From Candidatus Bathyarchaeia archaeon (lineage in GTDB: Archaea; Thermoproteota; Bathyarchaeia; TCS64), in assembly GCA_050014495.1 (NCBI GenBank), contig JBEKDF010000014.1:1-64000 (forward strand): DNA of 64,000 nt, in the 5' to 3' direction. Positions 1-9,635 of this stretch are shown here, piece after piece; position 1 is the first letter of the stretch; the number at the start of each line of letters is the position of its first letter. Position numbers and translations under genes: made by a program. Under the pieces are notes generated by a model that saw only the letters and a list, made by a program, of their open reading frames with translations, did not search any database and was not told the origin of the DNA.

Positions 1-237
1 GTGGCTCGGGGTCCTGCGCTTGAACCCGCAGGCTCTCGCTAGTCTGCGGTCTTTCCTCAGCCGTAGTGCTAGTCTCCTGTCGCTGGGTATCTGTAGTAGG
101 TGTTTGGCGAGCTGGGCCTTGAGCATCGAGAGTGGGTTGATGGGTTTTCTTCCCGGTCCCTCTAGGTGGTAGTGTTCCGCAAGTTCTGCGCGTATCTGGT
201 TTAGATTGAGTGAGTCAAGCACGCGCTCAACGTTCAA
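1..237 (-). mobile_element. IS transposase N-terminus (DUF772-like, IS5/IS1182-type), runs off window start
   Basis: Manual translation from TTG at 237: MNVERVLDSLNLNQIRAELAEHYHLEGPGRKPINPLSMLKAQLAKHLLQIPSDRRLALRLRKDRRLARACGFKRRTPSH. The GR.P..P..MLK...S.R.L...CG...P.H pattern is typical. Possible IS end at ~276-290 (AATTTCTAAACAGGT). Not in the ORF track. Confidence 0.8.
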
Positions 238-475
238 CCTATCCTCGTTGGTTGGTTAGGTTGGTGATCTATAACAATTTCTAAACAGGTAAGCGCGCAT
301 CTACGAAGAGGTTGAAGAGGTACTTTGTCTTGATGCCTCATAGGGAGATAGAGGTTCTCCTATGGCCTGAAAGCACAAGCGAGGCAATAATGAAGGAGGC
401 TCTCGACAGGATCGAGGCAGCCACAAAGCAACTTGGCTACACATCAACTCTTTTTACCATGCACGCAATCTTGGA

Positions 476-1525
476 GTGGTTGAGACTGTGGAATTAGCCA
501 ATGAGATTGTTTCGAAGGCTCTTGAGCTGGGCTACGCCAAATGCGGGATAGTTAAGATAAGTCAAATGAAGGAGTACGCGAAGGAGCTTGACAAACGCGT
601 CAAACTTTACCCAGAAGTTGAGCCAATCTACAGGCACTTCTACTCATTCTCCAAGCCAGAGGAAGACTATCCCTGGGCGAAATCCATTATTGTATGTGCG
701 AGGTGGTATGGGCGGTACCACCTTCCCGATGGCTTGAAGGGAAAAATAGCGAAGTACTACCAAGTTGACAGCAGAAAGGACGCTAAATCTAAGGAGTACA
801 CGGACAGCACCACATTCGAAGCCTACCTCAAAAAGCGAGGACTAAAAACTGCAACCAAAAGAGACTTTGGCATAACTGCCCTCCGCTGGGCAGCTATGAA
901 AGCTGGCATCGGAGTGGTCCGAAAAAACAACTTCTTCTACACTGAGAAGGGCTCATGGATATTCTTGGAAGCTTGGCTTATTAACGAAGAGCTTGAGCAT
1001 ATATCTCAAAGCGATGCGAAGGATTGCCCAGCCTCATGTAACCTATGCATAAAGAGCTGCCCAACGGGCTCCCTATCAGCACACTATACTATGAATCACT
1101 TATCATGCGTCTCATGTCTCACGACCTTTGAGGGCTGGGATTGGACTACCGATAAGTACCAGCCTCAAACGGGCGACTGGATTTTTGGCTGCGAAAACTG
1201 TCAGGATGCCTGCCCATTCAACCATAAGTCGTGGGTTGAGGAGGAGGCGTTTCCAGGTCTCGATGATTTGGGTGAAAAGATCTCCCTCGAGAAACTAGTT
1301 GAAATGGACTACGATTTCCTGAGAGATATCATCCAGCCCAAGTTTTGGTATATTCCAAAGGACAAGGTTTGGAAGTGGAAGACAAACGTCTTGAACGCCA
1401 TGTTGAATAATTATCACCCTCGATACTACCCTTACATAGAAAAAGCATGCAATGATCAAGACGAACATGTTCGTAGAATGGCACAGTGGGTAATTTCTAG
1501 ATTGAATAATTCATCTTCGGACTAG
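476..1525 (+). CDS. Epoxyqueuosine reductase (QueG)-like Fe-S/cobalamin protein
   Basis: AGIGVVRKNN, GSWIFL, CPASCNLCIKSCP, CVSCLT and FGCENCQDACPFN motifs with a C-terminal HEAT-like end. Confidence 0.8.
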   Translation: MVETVELANEIVSKALELGYAKCGIVKISQMKEYAKELDKRVKLYPEVEPIYRHFYSFSKPEEDYPWAKSIIVCARWYGRYHLPDGLKGKIAKYYQVDSRKDAKSKEYTDSTTFEAYLKKRGLKTATKRDFGITALRWAAMKAGIGVVRKNNFFYTEKGSWIFLEAWLINEELEHISQSDAKDCPASCNLCIKSCPTGSLSAHYTMNHLSCVSCLTTFEGWDWTTDKYQPQTGDWIFGCENCQDACPFNHKSWVEEEAFPGLDDLGEKISLEKLVEMDYDFLRDIIQPKFWYIPKDKVWKWKTNVLNAMLNNYHPRYYPYIEKACNDQDEHVRRMAQWVISRLNNSSSD

Positions 1526-1775
1526 GCTTCAAATGTTACTCTTCTCATTATACGCTTTCTACGTTTTCTACTTTCGTGTCATGCAGGCACGCGCGGTGCA
1601 AACAGTAGGACCGTCTCGCATGCGCCTAGTGATAAATTGATTTATGCATCTCATCCTCACTCCGTTAATCCAGCGAGGCTCAGGTGGTCTGGTCGACACA
1701 AGGGTTTGATGTGTTTTTTTTACACAGGATTAATTTTAAGAACAATAAATTTAAAAAAAACCCGATGGCAATTAC

Positions 1776-2192
1776 TTAAGCGATTTTCTTGCCAGCTTCA
1801 GGACCGGGTACTATCGAGTATATTTCCTCAGCCTTCAGCAGCCAAACCGCCTTAGCAGGTAACTGTTGAGTGGAACCCTTCATAATCTCCTCCATCTTCT
1901 CCTTCCTCATCTCATAGAGGGGCCCTGATGTAAGATATTCGGCCTTACACTTGATCTGATACGCCTTGTGAACACTCATGTCGAAGGCTGAAACGCTTGC
2001 CCAGCCCTTCTTGACGAGGTTGTCGTGTGTCTTGTTGAACAGGTTCTCAACAATCGCCATATGTTCGTTATCGACCCACCACCAAAACATGAAGTAAACT
2101 TCATGAGGCTTACCGTCGCTCGATACCGTGGCGATCGGGATAACCTTCTGTTTGCTAAAAACCGCTTTCGCTTCCTCTGGGATGTTAACCAT
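1776..2192 (-). CDS. Pyridoxamine 5'-phosphate oxidase-like FMN-binding protein
   Basis: IATVSSDGKP, FNKTHDNL and AYQIKCKAEY split-barrel motifs; start moved to MVNIPEE. Confidence 0.8.
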   Translation of the reverse strand: MVNIPEEAKAVFSKQKVIPIATVSSDGKPHEVYFMFWWWVDNEHMAIVENLFNKTHDNLVKKGWASVSAFDMSVHKAYQIKCKAEYLTSGPLYEMRKEKMEEIMKGSTQQLPAKAVWLLKAEEIYSIVPGPEAGKKIA

Positions 2193-2315
2193 TTCTAATC
2201 TATCCCCTTGTTCCCAACACAACATAATCAGAAATGTCATTTAACCATAATGGGTAAATTATTAACCATGGTTCTAGAAACTTATTGACTCAGATAAAAA
2301 AAGAAACTGAAGAAA

Positions 2316-2891
2316 TCAAAGAAATGTCTCAGGTTCCTTCCGATCTGGGAAAGTATCATGAAGCCACTTCGCCTCCTTGACGAAGAATGGGTGTGTCATC
2401 ACCCTTGCGCCTGTTGGACAGTTTTTGATGCATGCGTAGCATCTTATACAGGCCTGCTTCTGCGTCTCGACTGTGGAGCCGATTGTTATGGCGGCGTTTG
2501 GGCAGACCTCAGCGCATTTGCCACACTTTGTACAGGTTTCCTCTTTCGTGATTGGGGCAGGTGGCTCGGTACCGGGTTTGGCTGCGCGGGATATTCGGAA
2601 TTCGTCTCTGTATGGGCGGTTACCGTTGACGGCTATCGAAGGGAGGTCCTCTTTGTTCCTAGCAGTTAATAGCTTCTCCCTGATTTTCGAGCCGAATTCC
2701 CGGGCTTTTTTAAGGTCGGAGCCATCTGGGCGACCTGCGGCTATGGGGACTTCTGGGGAGCTGAATGAGTGTTCAGCGATGAAGGCGCCGCCCGCGATGG
2801 GCTTGAATCCAAGCTCTGAGATTAGGTCGGTCAGCTCGATTAGGGCGTCTTCGTATGCCCTATTACCGTAATACAACCAGGGTGACTGCGG
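2316..2891 (-). pseudogene. EFR1-type flavodoxin/ferredoxin, 5'-truncated and frameshifted
   Basis: YGNRAYEDAL, AEHSFS, GRPD and two CxxCxxCxxxCP motifs. The upstream PAVTLVV lies in another frame (one extra T), and the gene is cut at the GC palindrome 2891-2902. Confidence 0.8.
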
Positions 2892-2901
2892 GCGCGCGCG
2901 C

Positions 2902-3542
2902 CTGTGTGATGGCTCCGGCGAACGAGAACGAGAAGAGACACGCCTCTACGCTGGGGGAGAGGACCAGGGTCGTCCTCCGCAGGGCGGGGGCGGGGCTGAG
3001 GAGGTTGATCGGCGACAGCCAGTACAGCAGTGCTAGGGTTAGGAGCCTCGTCGAGGAGTCGGTGATACCCTACACCGCGAATCAGCGCGGCGACGGTCTG
3101 AGGGTGGATAGGTGGTTTAGGACGCATGGTCCACCTGGGCTGGTGTCGGAGTATAGGAAGCGTCCCATGGTGGAGGCGCTCTTCGCTTTCTTGAGGACCC
3201 AGTTCGGCTTGAATGTGGTTAGGGTGAGGGGTTTGTGGGTGTCTCCGTCTACTCTCTGCTGAGTATGTTGTGCTGTGTGTTGAATAGGGAGGCGGCGGAG
3301 AACATGGGTCGGCCGGAGAAGGCGATGTCGCCGTCGTTCTTTAACACGTGAAGGTTCGCAGATTCGTGGGGTGCGGGGGGTTTGTTAGTGGGTGTTGGGC
3401 TTGTGTGTGTCGTTTTTCAGTCGTTTTTGCTGGTTGTGTGGTTTGTCATCGGGGTTTTACTTGTGTGGTGTTTTCGCTGGGGTTGTTTGTTGGGGTTTTG
3501 TTGGTGATTGTTGTTCTATGTATTTAATTTAGGGACGAGCTA
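2902..3542 (+). mobile_element. IS remnant: C-terminal half of a DDE transposase (IS4/IS5 superfamily), frameshifted, with G/T-rich 3' tail and right end
   Basis: PANENE, LIGDSQYSS (second catalytic Asp) and YRKRPMVEALFAFLR (YREK-like). The reading continues in another frame as VSVYSLLSMLCC...FFNT* ending at 3351. Putative end ...AATTTAGGGACGAGCTA at ~3542. Confidence 0.8.
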
Positions 3543-4113
3543 GCGCGCGCTCGCTTAATGGATATAATGGCAATCTAGGGCATATTATAAACCCCTCACC
3601 TTCTCGTAGAAGCCTCCCCCTCGATTCATGAGATCAAGCGAATTTACCAAAACCTAGAAGAAACCACACACTTCGACGATTTTAAACGCTTCATAGAGAC
3701 CAACACGGAGCTGAAAGACGTCAAGTACCTGAATCATGGTCTCCCAGGCCCTTCACGTGTCACTTACCGTTCATGATCAGGCTCAGTTACTGATGTTGAG
3801 CCTAAGCAGGTTGCTCCGCGGGTTTATGATCCTTCTAGCCAATAAGCTCTATTATTAGCTGTAAACAGAAATGTGGGTTTAAAACCATTTTACACCAATA
3901 ACGGGACAAGCCAGCGCGCGGAGATTAAGAAAAAGCCAGAGGACATAATAGACAGAAACGAAACTGACTACAAAGTAAAATTCGAGACGAGCTATTTTCT
4001 AAGCAAGGATTTCAAAGAGCTCTTTGGCAAAAGTTGAAAAAGGATACGCGCGCGGGCAGCGTGGCAGTCTGAAGGACTTCAGTATCTGTGGCCAGCGGAA
4101 ATACATTTTCGGC

Positions 4114-4392
4114 CTAGTCCGTGCGCGCTTCTTCTTCCTCTCGTTCTGTTAACCATTTTCTAAACCAGATATCAGTCTCTTTAGTAAGGATAACGTGGCT
4201 TATTTTGTGTCGCTTGCCATCAACCCCACGATGATATTCTATTAAGCCTCGTTCCTCAAGGCTTTTCAGACTATGTAAGTATGATTTTCTGAAAGTTGGT
4301 GTCAGAGAGTCCTCTTTATACTCTTTAGCTACCTCTTTTTTTAAGTCTTCCAGATATACAGTTTGTGTGGTTGGAGGATATCGAAACATCAT
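4114..4392 (-). CDS. Small winged-helix DNA-binding protein (possibly relic)
   Basis: SLKSLEERGLIEY...VILT wHTH pattern. The frame stays open upstream (NLSHLEKIILDNI) to a TAG at ~4482. Confidence 0.5.
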   Translation of the reverse strand: MMFRYPPTTQTVYLEDLKKEVAKEYKEDSLTPTFRKSYLHSLKSLEERGLIEYHRGVDGKRHKISHVILTKETDIWFRKWLTEREEEEARTD

Positions 4393-4650
4393 TCTGGCTA
4401 TATTATCCAGAATTATCTTCTCGAGATGACTCAGATTTGGCTGAAAACGGTTATCATCTATACGAACGTTATCCGTTTCCTAACCACCTAAGAAAACACC
4501 TGAGGTGGGGCTATTAATACTTGGTTAATAACCAGAGCTTAGAGCTACTCAACTAGTAAAAATTTATCAAGAAATATTTGAAAATAATTCAAAGGTTATC
4601 ATCTAGTACGGTGATATCCTTGGCATTGGGCGCAAGGGAGGAGAGAGTTC

Positions 4651-4917
4651 ATGGCAAAGGTTTGGATAGAATTAACTGAGAAGGAGAAAACTGAAGTGAA
4701 CAGGGAAATGTGTGAAACCAGCCAGAAGAATATGGTAGTCTATTATAGTGCAGAGATTAAGGCGGCATTATTAGGAAAATCACTCCCCAAACACATCTCT
4801 AAGACTCTCTTTGGTAATGGAATAATGGTTAGGTCTGGGTCTGGTGGTAGACAAGGGCTGCGGTTCAAGATCGATCAAAATGTATTTAAGAAATACAGAG
4901 GTTTAATTGAAAAATGA
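4651..4917 (+). CDS. Small basic hypothetical protein, divergent from the wHTH gene
   Basis: ATG preceded by GGGAGGAGAG; 88 aa; AT-rich divergent intergenic region. Confidence 0.5.
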   Translation: MAKVWIELTEKEKTEVNREMCETSQKNMVVYYSAEIKAALLGKSLPKHISKTLFGNGIMVRSGSGGRQGLRFKIDQNVFKKYRGLIEK

Positions 4918-5549
4918 GTTATTTAGCATATTTTTTCCCTTGAGGATCAGGATCGAGACCAAATAGTTTCTAACTAACCTATCTCAGCGCGTCAGACCCG
5001 CGTAGTCGTGGGAAGGAAGGTGACTAACTATGCTATTATTCAAATGTTGCATTTTGAATTTGTTTTTAATCTTCAGAGAGTATGTCGGAGCTGATTTGCG
5101 TTCAGGTGAATGAGGAATTATCGCTTGAACGCTGCGCGCGCATTCTGCTCTATAAAAACACGCCATACTTGGACTCTGACAAGAGTCGTATCACTTCAGA
5201 TCCTCCATTACAATCGCCCTCTTCTTGCCTTAAGCAATGGACACTAACACTATTGCACGAGAACTTCCTAAACTCCTCGACTAACTTTGCCCCCGCAGGT
5301 GAGAGCTTCGGTATTACGCCATCTGGCTTGTCAACTATTTTCACGGGTAGGACTTTGGACTTGGTCTTGACTAGGTGTGGAGTAGTTCCTTCTTGATTAC
5401 TACCTTCGGGGACACTTTCTTGGAAGTAGCACACGCAAATCTGTCTTTAAAATCGATCGCGCGCGCTCACGAAAAAACAGTTAACTATTCTTCTTAATTA
5501 GGCTATAAAATCTTATTAAAGCCACATTATTTATTCAGATAAGTTCAAC

Positions 5550-7826
5550 ATGAGAATATTACGCGCTCGCAATTTTTTCGTTCCAACAATATTTGTGATC
5601 TTCATCTTCCTCTTTACACAAATCCCGGACTGTAAATGTGCGCAACCTCAAGTTTCCTATACTCTGAGCTACTCCGTAAATGGGGGAGGGAACAGATACT
5701 CCCCGCCCACAGTAACCTACACATCAAATGGCGTACAGCATATTCAGATACTTGGTTCACAGGTAACCACCTATCGCCTCGACGTGAACACACAATGGAG
5801 CATCACAAACCCACTTTCAGGCTCACTGCCATACGAGAGATGGCAAACGAACCAGAACACAGCGGGTACAGCTAATGCCAACCAAACTATAGCATTAGTC
5901 TATTACCATCAAGTCACAGTGCAGTTTGGATACAACATCCTCAAAGGAGGCTCCGGATTCTCACCTCCATACGTATCCTATACAAGGTTTGGGTCAGCAA
6001 TGGCAAACAAGACGGTGACTATCGTTTGGGTGGACTACGGGTCAGCCTACTCCTACGTTAATCCACTAGCGGGGTCAAAACTGGGTGAGAGATGGATCAC
6101 CGCTAAACCCACTGGCACTGTAACCTCCTCGACCCTGATCACCCCAGACTATTATCACCAATACTACATAGTCTTCGACTACGGCATCAGCGGAGGCGGC
6201 AATCCCACTGCCCCCTCGGTAAAATACATTGCTTTGGGACTTGACCAGGACCCATTGCAGGCCAACCCTAGCCAGTCAACCTGGGCAGACGCCCAGTCAA
6301 CCTACACATACTCGCCCAATCCCCTAACTAGCTCTGGTACGAATGAGAGGTGGCAGGCCTCAACCACACCCTCCGGAACAGTCTCATCCTCAACAACCAT
6401 AAGACCCGTCTACTATCATCAGCTACTCCTGACGCTATCATACAATATATTAGGAGGCGGTTCGCCAAGTCAACCATCATTCAGGGCTCCAGCATTTGGC
6501 TCCAACTCAAAGCAGGCTCTCACAACATCGCCGACCAACTATTGGTTTGATAGTGGCGCCTCGTGGACCGAGGCGGGCACGCTCGATGGATCGAGCCTCA
6601 CCGAGCGCTGGAGCACCGGGCAACCTATAACCGGGGTAATTACCATCACGAAGACCCTATCATTTAACTACTACCACCAATACGCTGTAACCCTAAATTA
6701 CAGGGTCAGCGGGGGCACTGGATTCACTCAGCCAACAGTTAACATAATCAGCTTTGGTATAGCGACTTCGACTAACTCTACCTCCAATCTCTGGCTAGAC
6801 AGCGGCTCCAGTTACAATTTTCAAAACCCACTGATCGGTTCAAACGATTCAGAGAGGTGGTATGCAGCCACCTCAACCGGAAACATCCAGGCAACGGGAA
6901 CAATTGCTAAGCTCTACTACCATCAATTCAGCGTCATCTTCAGTTTCACTACACTGTACGGCGGCTCACCTAATTCACCATCTATCAAATACGTTTCCCT
7001 CGGATCATCATCTACGCAAGAAGTGACATCCGCCGATTCATCAACTTGGGCTGACGCAAACACGACTTACACGTATCCGCAGATACTTCTAGGAGGCTCA
7101 GATTCTGAAAGATGGCTGATCACTCCCTCAGTCAACGGTAAAATAACGAGCTCCATTAAGGTGTCTCCAACTTACCTGCATCAATACTATGTGAAGATAG
7201 AACCAAGTCTAACGATAGCCGGATCCGCGTCACAACCCAGCGACTGGCATAACTCGACTTCCCAAATATCAATATACCCAACGGCTGCAGATGGCTGGCG
7301 TTTCGAGGGTTGGGCCGGCAGCGGGGAAGGGTCCTACACGGGTCCTTTGCTAAATGCCACGTTCATTGTCTCGGCCCCAATTACGGAGAAGATGATATTT
7401 TACCCCGGCTTGAAAATTAATGCAAATGGCTGGGGCTACATCGCCTACACCCTTAATTCCAGCAACGCCACAGTAAACGCTGGGAACCTCACAACAGTCT
7501 ATGTACCAGTCGGGACAACTCTAGGACTAAGCGAGCATCCTAATTCCTTCCTCTATTCATTCATCAACTGGACTGGGGAAGTGAACAGCACATCCAACTT
7601 CATCATATTAACAATCAACAAGCCATTAAACGAACAGGCGAACTTCGGGTATAACTACCTACTCATCGGACTGATCGTAGGAATCGAAGCTGCCATCGTA
7701 ATAATAGCCTATTTTGCATCGGGTGGACGCTCGCATAACATCATAAAGCTCATCGCGAAGGCAAAAGCTGTGATGAAAACCAAACTGAACCGTAACGATA
7801 CACGTGTGGTCGAGTCAAACCAATAA
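5550..7826 (+). CDS. Cell-surface protein with six ~85-aa beta-rich repeats, two further repeat domains and a C-terminal TM anchor
   Basis: Signal peptide; repeats Y.I.GGG..P...W.D.GS.Y...NPL.GS..ERW...YYHQ; WRFEGWAG and FINWTG motifs; TM segment YLLIGLIVGIEAAIVIIAYF followed by a basic tail. Confidence 0.85.
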   Translation: MRILRARNFFVPTIFVIFIFLFTQIPDCKCAQPQVSYTLSYSVNGGGNRYSPPTVTYTSNGVQHIQILGSQVTTYRLDVNTQWSITNPLSGSLPYERWQTNQNTAGTANANQTIALVYYHQVTVQFGYNILKGGSGFSPPYVSYTRFGSAMANKTVTIVWVDYGSAYSYVNPLAGSKLGERWITAKPTGTVTSSTLITPDYYHQYYIVFDYGISGGGNPTAPSVKYIALGLDQDPLQANPSQSTWADAQSTYTYSPNPLTSSGTNERWQASTTPSGTVSSSTTIRPVYYHQLLLTLSYNILGGGSPSQPSFRAPAFGSNSKQALTTSPTNYWFDSGASWTEAGTLDGSSLTERWSTGQPITGVITITKTLSFNYYHQYAVTLNYRVSGGTGFTQPTVNIISFGIATSTNSTSNLWLDSGSSYNFQNPLIGSNDSERWYAATSTGNIQATGTIAKLYYHQFSVIFSFTTLYGGSPNSPSIKYVSLGSSSTQEVTSADSSTWADANTTYTYPQILLGGSDSERWLITPSVNGKITSSIKVSPTYLHQYYVKIEPSLTIAGSASQPSDWHNSTSQISIYPTAADGWRFEGWAGSGEGSYTGPLLNATFIVSAPITEKMIFYPGLKINANGWGYIAYTLNSSNATVNAGNLTTVYVPVGTTLGLSEHPNSFLYSFINWTGEVNSTSNFIILTINKPLNEQANFGYNYLLIGLIVGIEAAIVIIAYFASGGRSHNIIKLIAKAKAVMKTKLNRNDTRVVESNQ

Positions 7827-8591
7827 CTAATTTTTCCCAAGCAGAACATCTGGACTCAAGACGGCAATCTCTGAGTAGAGACTCTTAGTCGCGTCCACAA
7901 ACGCGGAGCCAGAGGTGGCTTCCCAGGTCAACTTCTTTGCAGCGACTTTCCCCAGCAGCTCAAGTGGCTTAGAAGGGTCAGCCCTTCTCAGCATCGCCTC
8001 CTGGACAGATGCGACACCGAATATCATCGCGTACACTCTCTGCATGTTTACTTCGCTAATAATTGGCTTAAGCAACAGGAGATTTGACTCCATCTCAGAG
8101 TAGGGTCCAATCAGGGACTGCGAGAGCATCCCCCTGAATTGGGTCACCGGATCCTCTCCTTCGCCAACCCTTTCCAACTTGCGCATAATCGCCTCACGTG
8201 GGTTAACACTCAGCTCCCTGAGATCCTCCATCGCCTTCGCGCGTTCCAAGAGGAAGTTGATTACGGAGGTGTCTACAGTTTTGACTATTTTCTCCCTTCT
8301 CTCACGTTCTAGACTGTAAGGTTTGTTTACGATATCAGTTATTTGGTCATAGGTTGCCTTGTCGATGATATCGAATGAAAGGTCGTTAATCCTTAATTTG
8401 AGCCCATCTACAGAGATCTTTGTGGAGTCACCGTAAGTAGTATGCCCAACAGGGATCAACTCGGAGCTTCTCAGGGTCTTTTTCAGCTTAGACACGCCTA
8501 TAGTCTTCTCTTCCTCGACTATCCTGATTTCACCGGCTTCGTAGTATTCTCCCCTGAACCAGATATTCCAAACCTTCGTCGAGTAAACCAC
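7827..8591 (-). CDS. Hypothetical protein (beta-rich, possibly PH-like N-domain plus helical C-domain); last gene of the tubulin-like operon
   Basis: 254-aa ORF abutting the upstream gene (8592/8591). Confidence 0.75.
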   Translation of the reverse strand: MVYSTKVWNIWFRGEYYEAGEIRIVEEEKTIGVSKLKKTLRSSELIPVGHTTYGDSTKISVDGLKLRINDLSFDIIDKATYDQITDIVNKPYSLERERREKIVKTVDTSVINFLLERAKAMEDLRELSVNPREAIMRKLERVGEGEDPVTQFRGMLSQSLIGPYSEMESNLLLLKPIISEVNMQRVYAMIFGVASVQEAMLRRADPSKPLELLGKVAAKKLTWEATSGSAFVDATKSLYSEIAVLSPDVLLGKN

Positions 8592-9635
8592 CTAATTCAC
8601 CCCCAAGCTCAACGACGGTATCCTCCTCGCTATCGATCTATACCCGGCCTCGATTTTCTCCAAGATAGGGTCCTCGCTGAGTCCATAGAAAATGTATAGG
8701 TCGCAGAAGTTGTATCGGGAGGATTTCTCACGTAAAATAACCTCGGAGTTTAGGAGATCCTTGAAGCCCAAGCAATAGTTCTTGAAGGTATCCTCTATCC
8801 CTAGGCGAAGCTCCCTTGGCGATAGCCCAAGAAGGTGGATGCTCTGGTAGCCTCCCTCGACGCCTTCGATGGAGTTCATGAAGGCGTTAATTTTGAATAA
8901 AGTCTCCATGTTCCTATAGACCTGATCCGAGGCGGAGAGGAGGGTAGAGATGGAGTGATTCATTATTCCGAGTTTCTTGTCACCCTCGATAAAGTGGCTC
9001 AGAGTTTGGATATTGGATGCTAGGTTTTTGACGACTTCCTCAAACGCAGCATCACCAGTGATCAACCCCTGGTCCTCGTCGAAGTAGGCGAGGCTTTTGA
9101 CATATTTTTCCTCAACAAGGACTAACGACCACCCCTTTTCATGCGCTTTTTTCAGGGCAATGTAGCACGTGTTTTTAACCAGTGGGGTTGAGGAATCATC
9201 CGCAGTTATAGCCAGCATTGTTTCGTTTCCCTCCAGCATGGAACTGTTTAGGGTGGCTAAAGATAGTGGACTGTTAGTGTTCACTACAATCATTTTATAT
9301 TTTGAGATATTGTAGCAGACTCTCCTCAACCACCCGTCGATTTGATTCGAGCACCTTTTTGAGTAGTCGAGCCATGTCCCTCCGTCTATCTGCTTCAGGG
9401 TAAGTGATTTTGTTGCCTCAGCGTCTTCGCTGCCAATCACAATCTTTGATACAAATGCATCCTTTACTTCAGCGCAATCGAGGCCTACGAACAGTACAAT
9501 AAGGTCCTCAAACCTCACCTCCGTCTCCGGGAGGTCGACTAGTTCCCTAACGAGTTGATCGTAGGGAACAGGCGAATTGCACTCTGGGCAATTCAGATCC
9601 CAGACGGTTGCATGGCAGTTCTGGCAGCTAGGCAT
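8592..9635 (-). CDS. Zn-ribbon protein with a probable degenerate tubulin/CetZ-like fold
   Basis: CQNC...CPEC at the N-terminus; alpha/beta pattern; C-terminal LYIFYGLSEDPILEKI resembles the CetZ C-terminal strand; overlaps the upstream gene by 8 nt. Confidence 0.7.
   Translation of the reverse strand: MPSCQNCHATVWDLNCPECNSPVPYDQLVRELVDLPETEVRFEDLIVLFVGLDCAEVKDAFVSKIVIGSEDAEATKSLTLKQIDGGTWLDYSKRCSNQIDGWLRRVCYNISKYKMIVVNTNSPLSLATLNSSMLEGNETMLAITADDSSTPLVKNTCYIALKKAHEKGWSLVLVEEKYVKSLAYFDEDQGLITGDAAFEEVVKNLASNIQTLSHFIEGDKKLGIMNHSISTLLSASDQVYRNMETLFKINAFMNSIEGVEGGYQSIHLLGLSPRELRLGIEDTFKNYCLGFKDLLNSEVILREKSSRYNFCDLYIFYGLSEDPILEKIEAGYRSIARRIPSLSLGVN

Noticed and set aside
312..497. 61-aa ORF upstream of the QueG-like gene
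   Set aside because: No recognisable motif; it starts just after a GCGCGC junction and is probably a fragment.
3360..3520. G/T-rich low-complexity tract as a repeat array or ncRNA
   Set aside because: No regular unit; best explained as the non-coding 3' part of the IS.
1..3542. Composite transposon formed by the two IS remnants
   Set aside because: The visible ends do not match as inverted repeats, and no shared sequence can be compared within the window.
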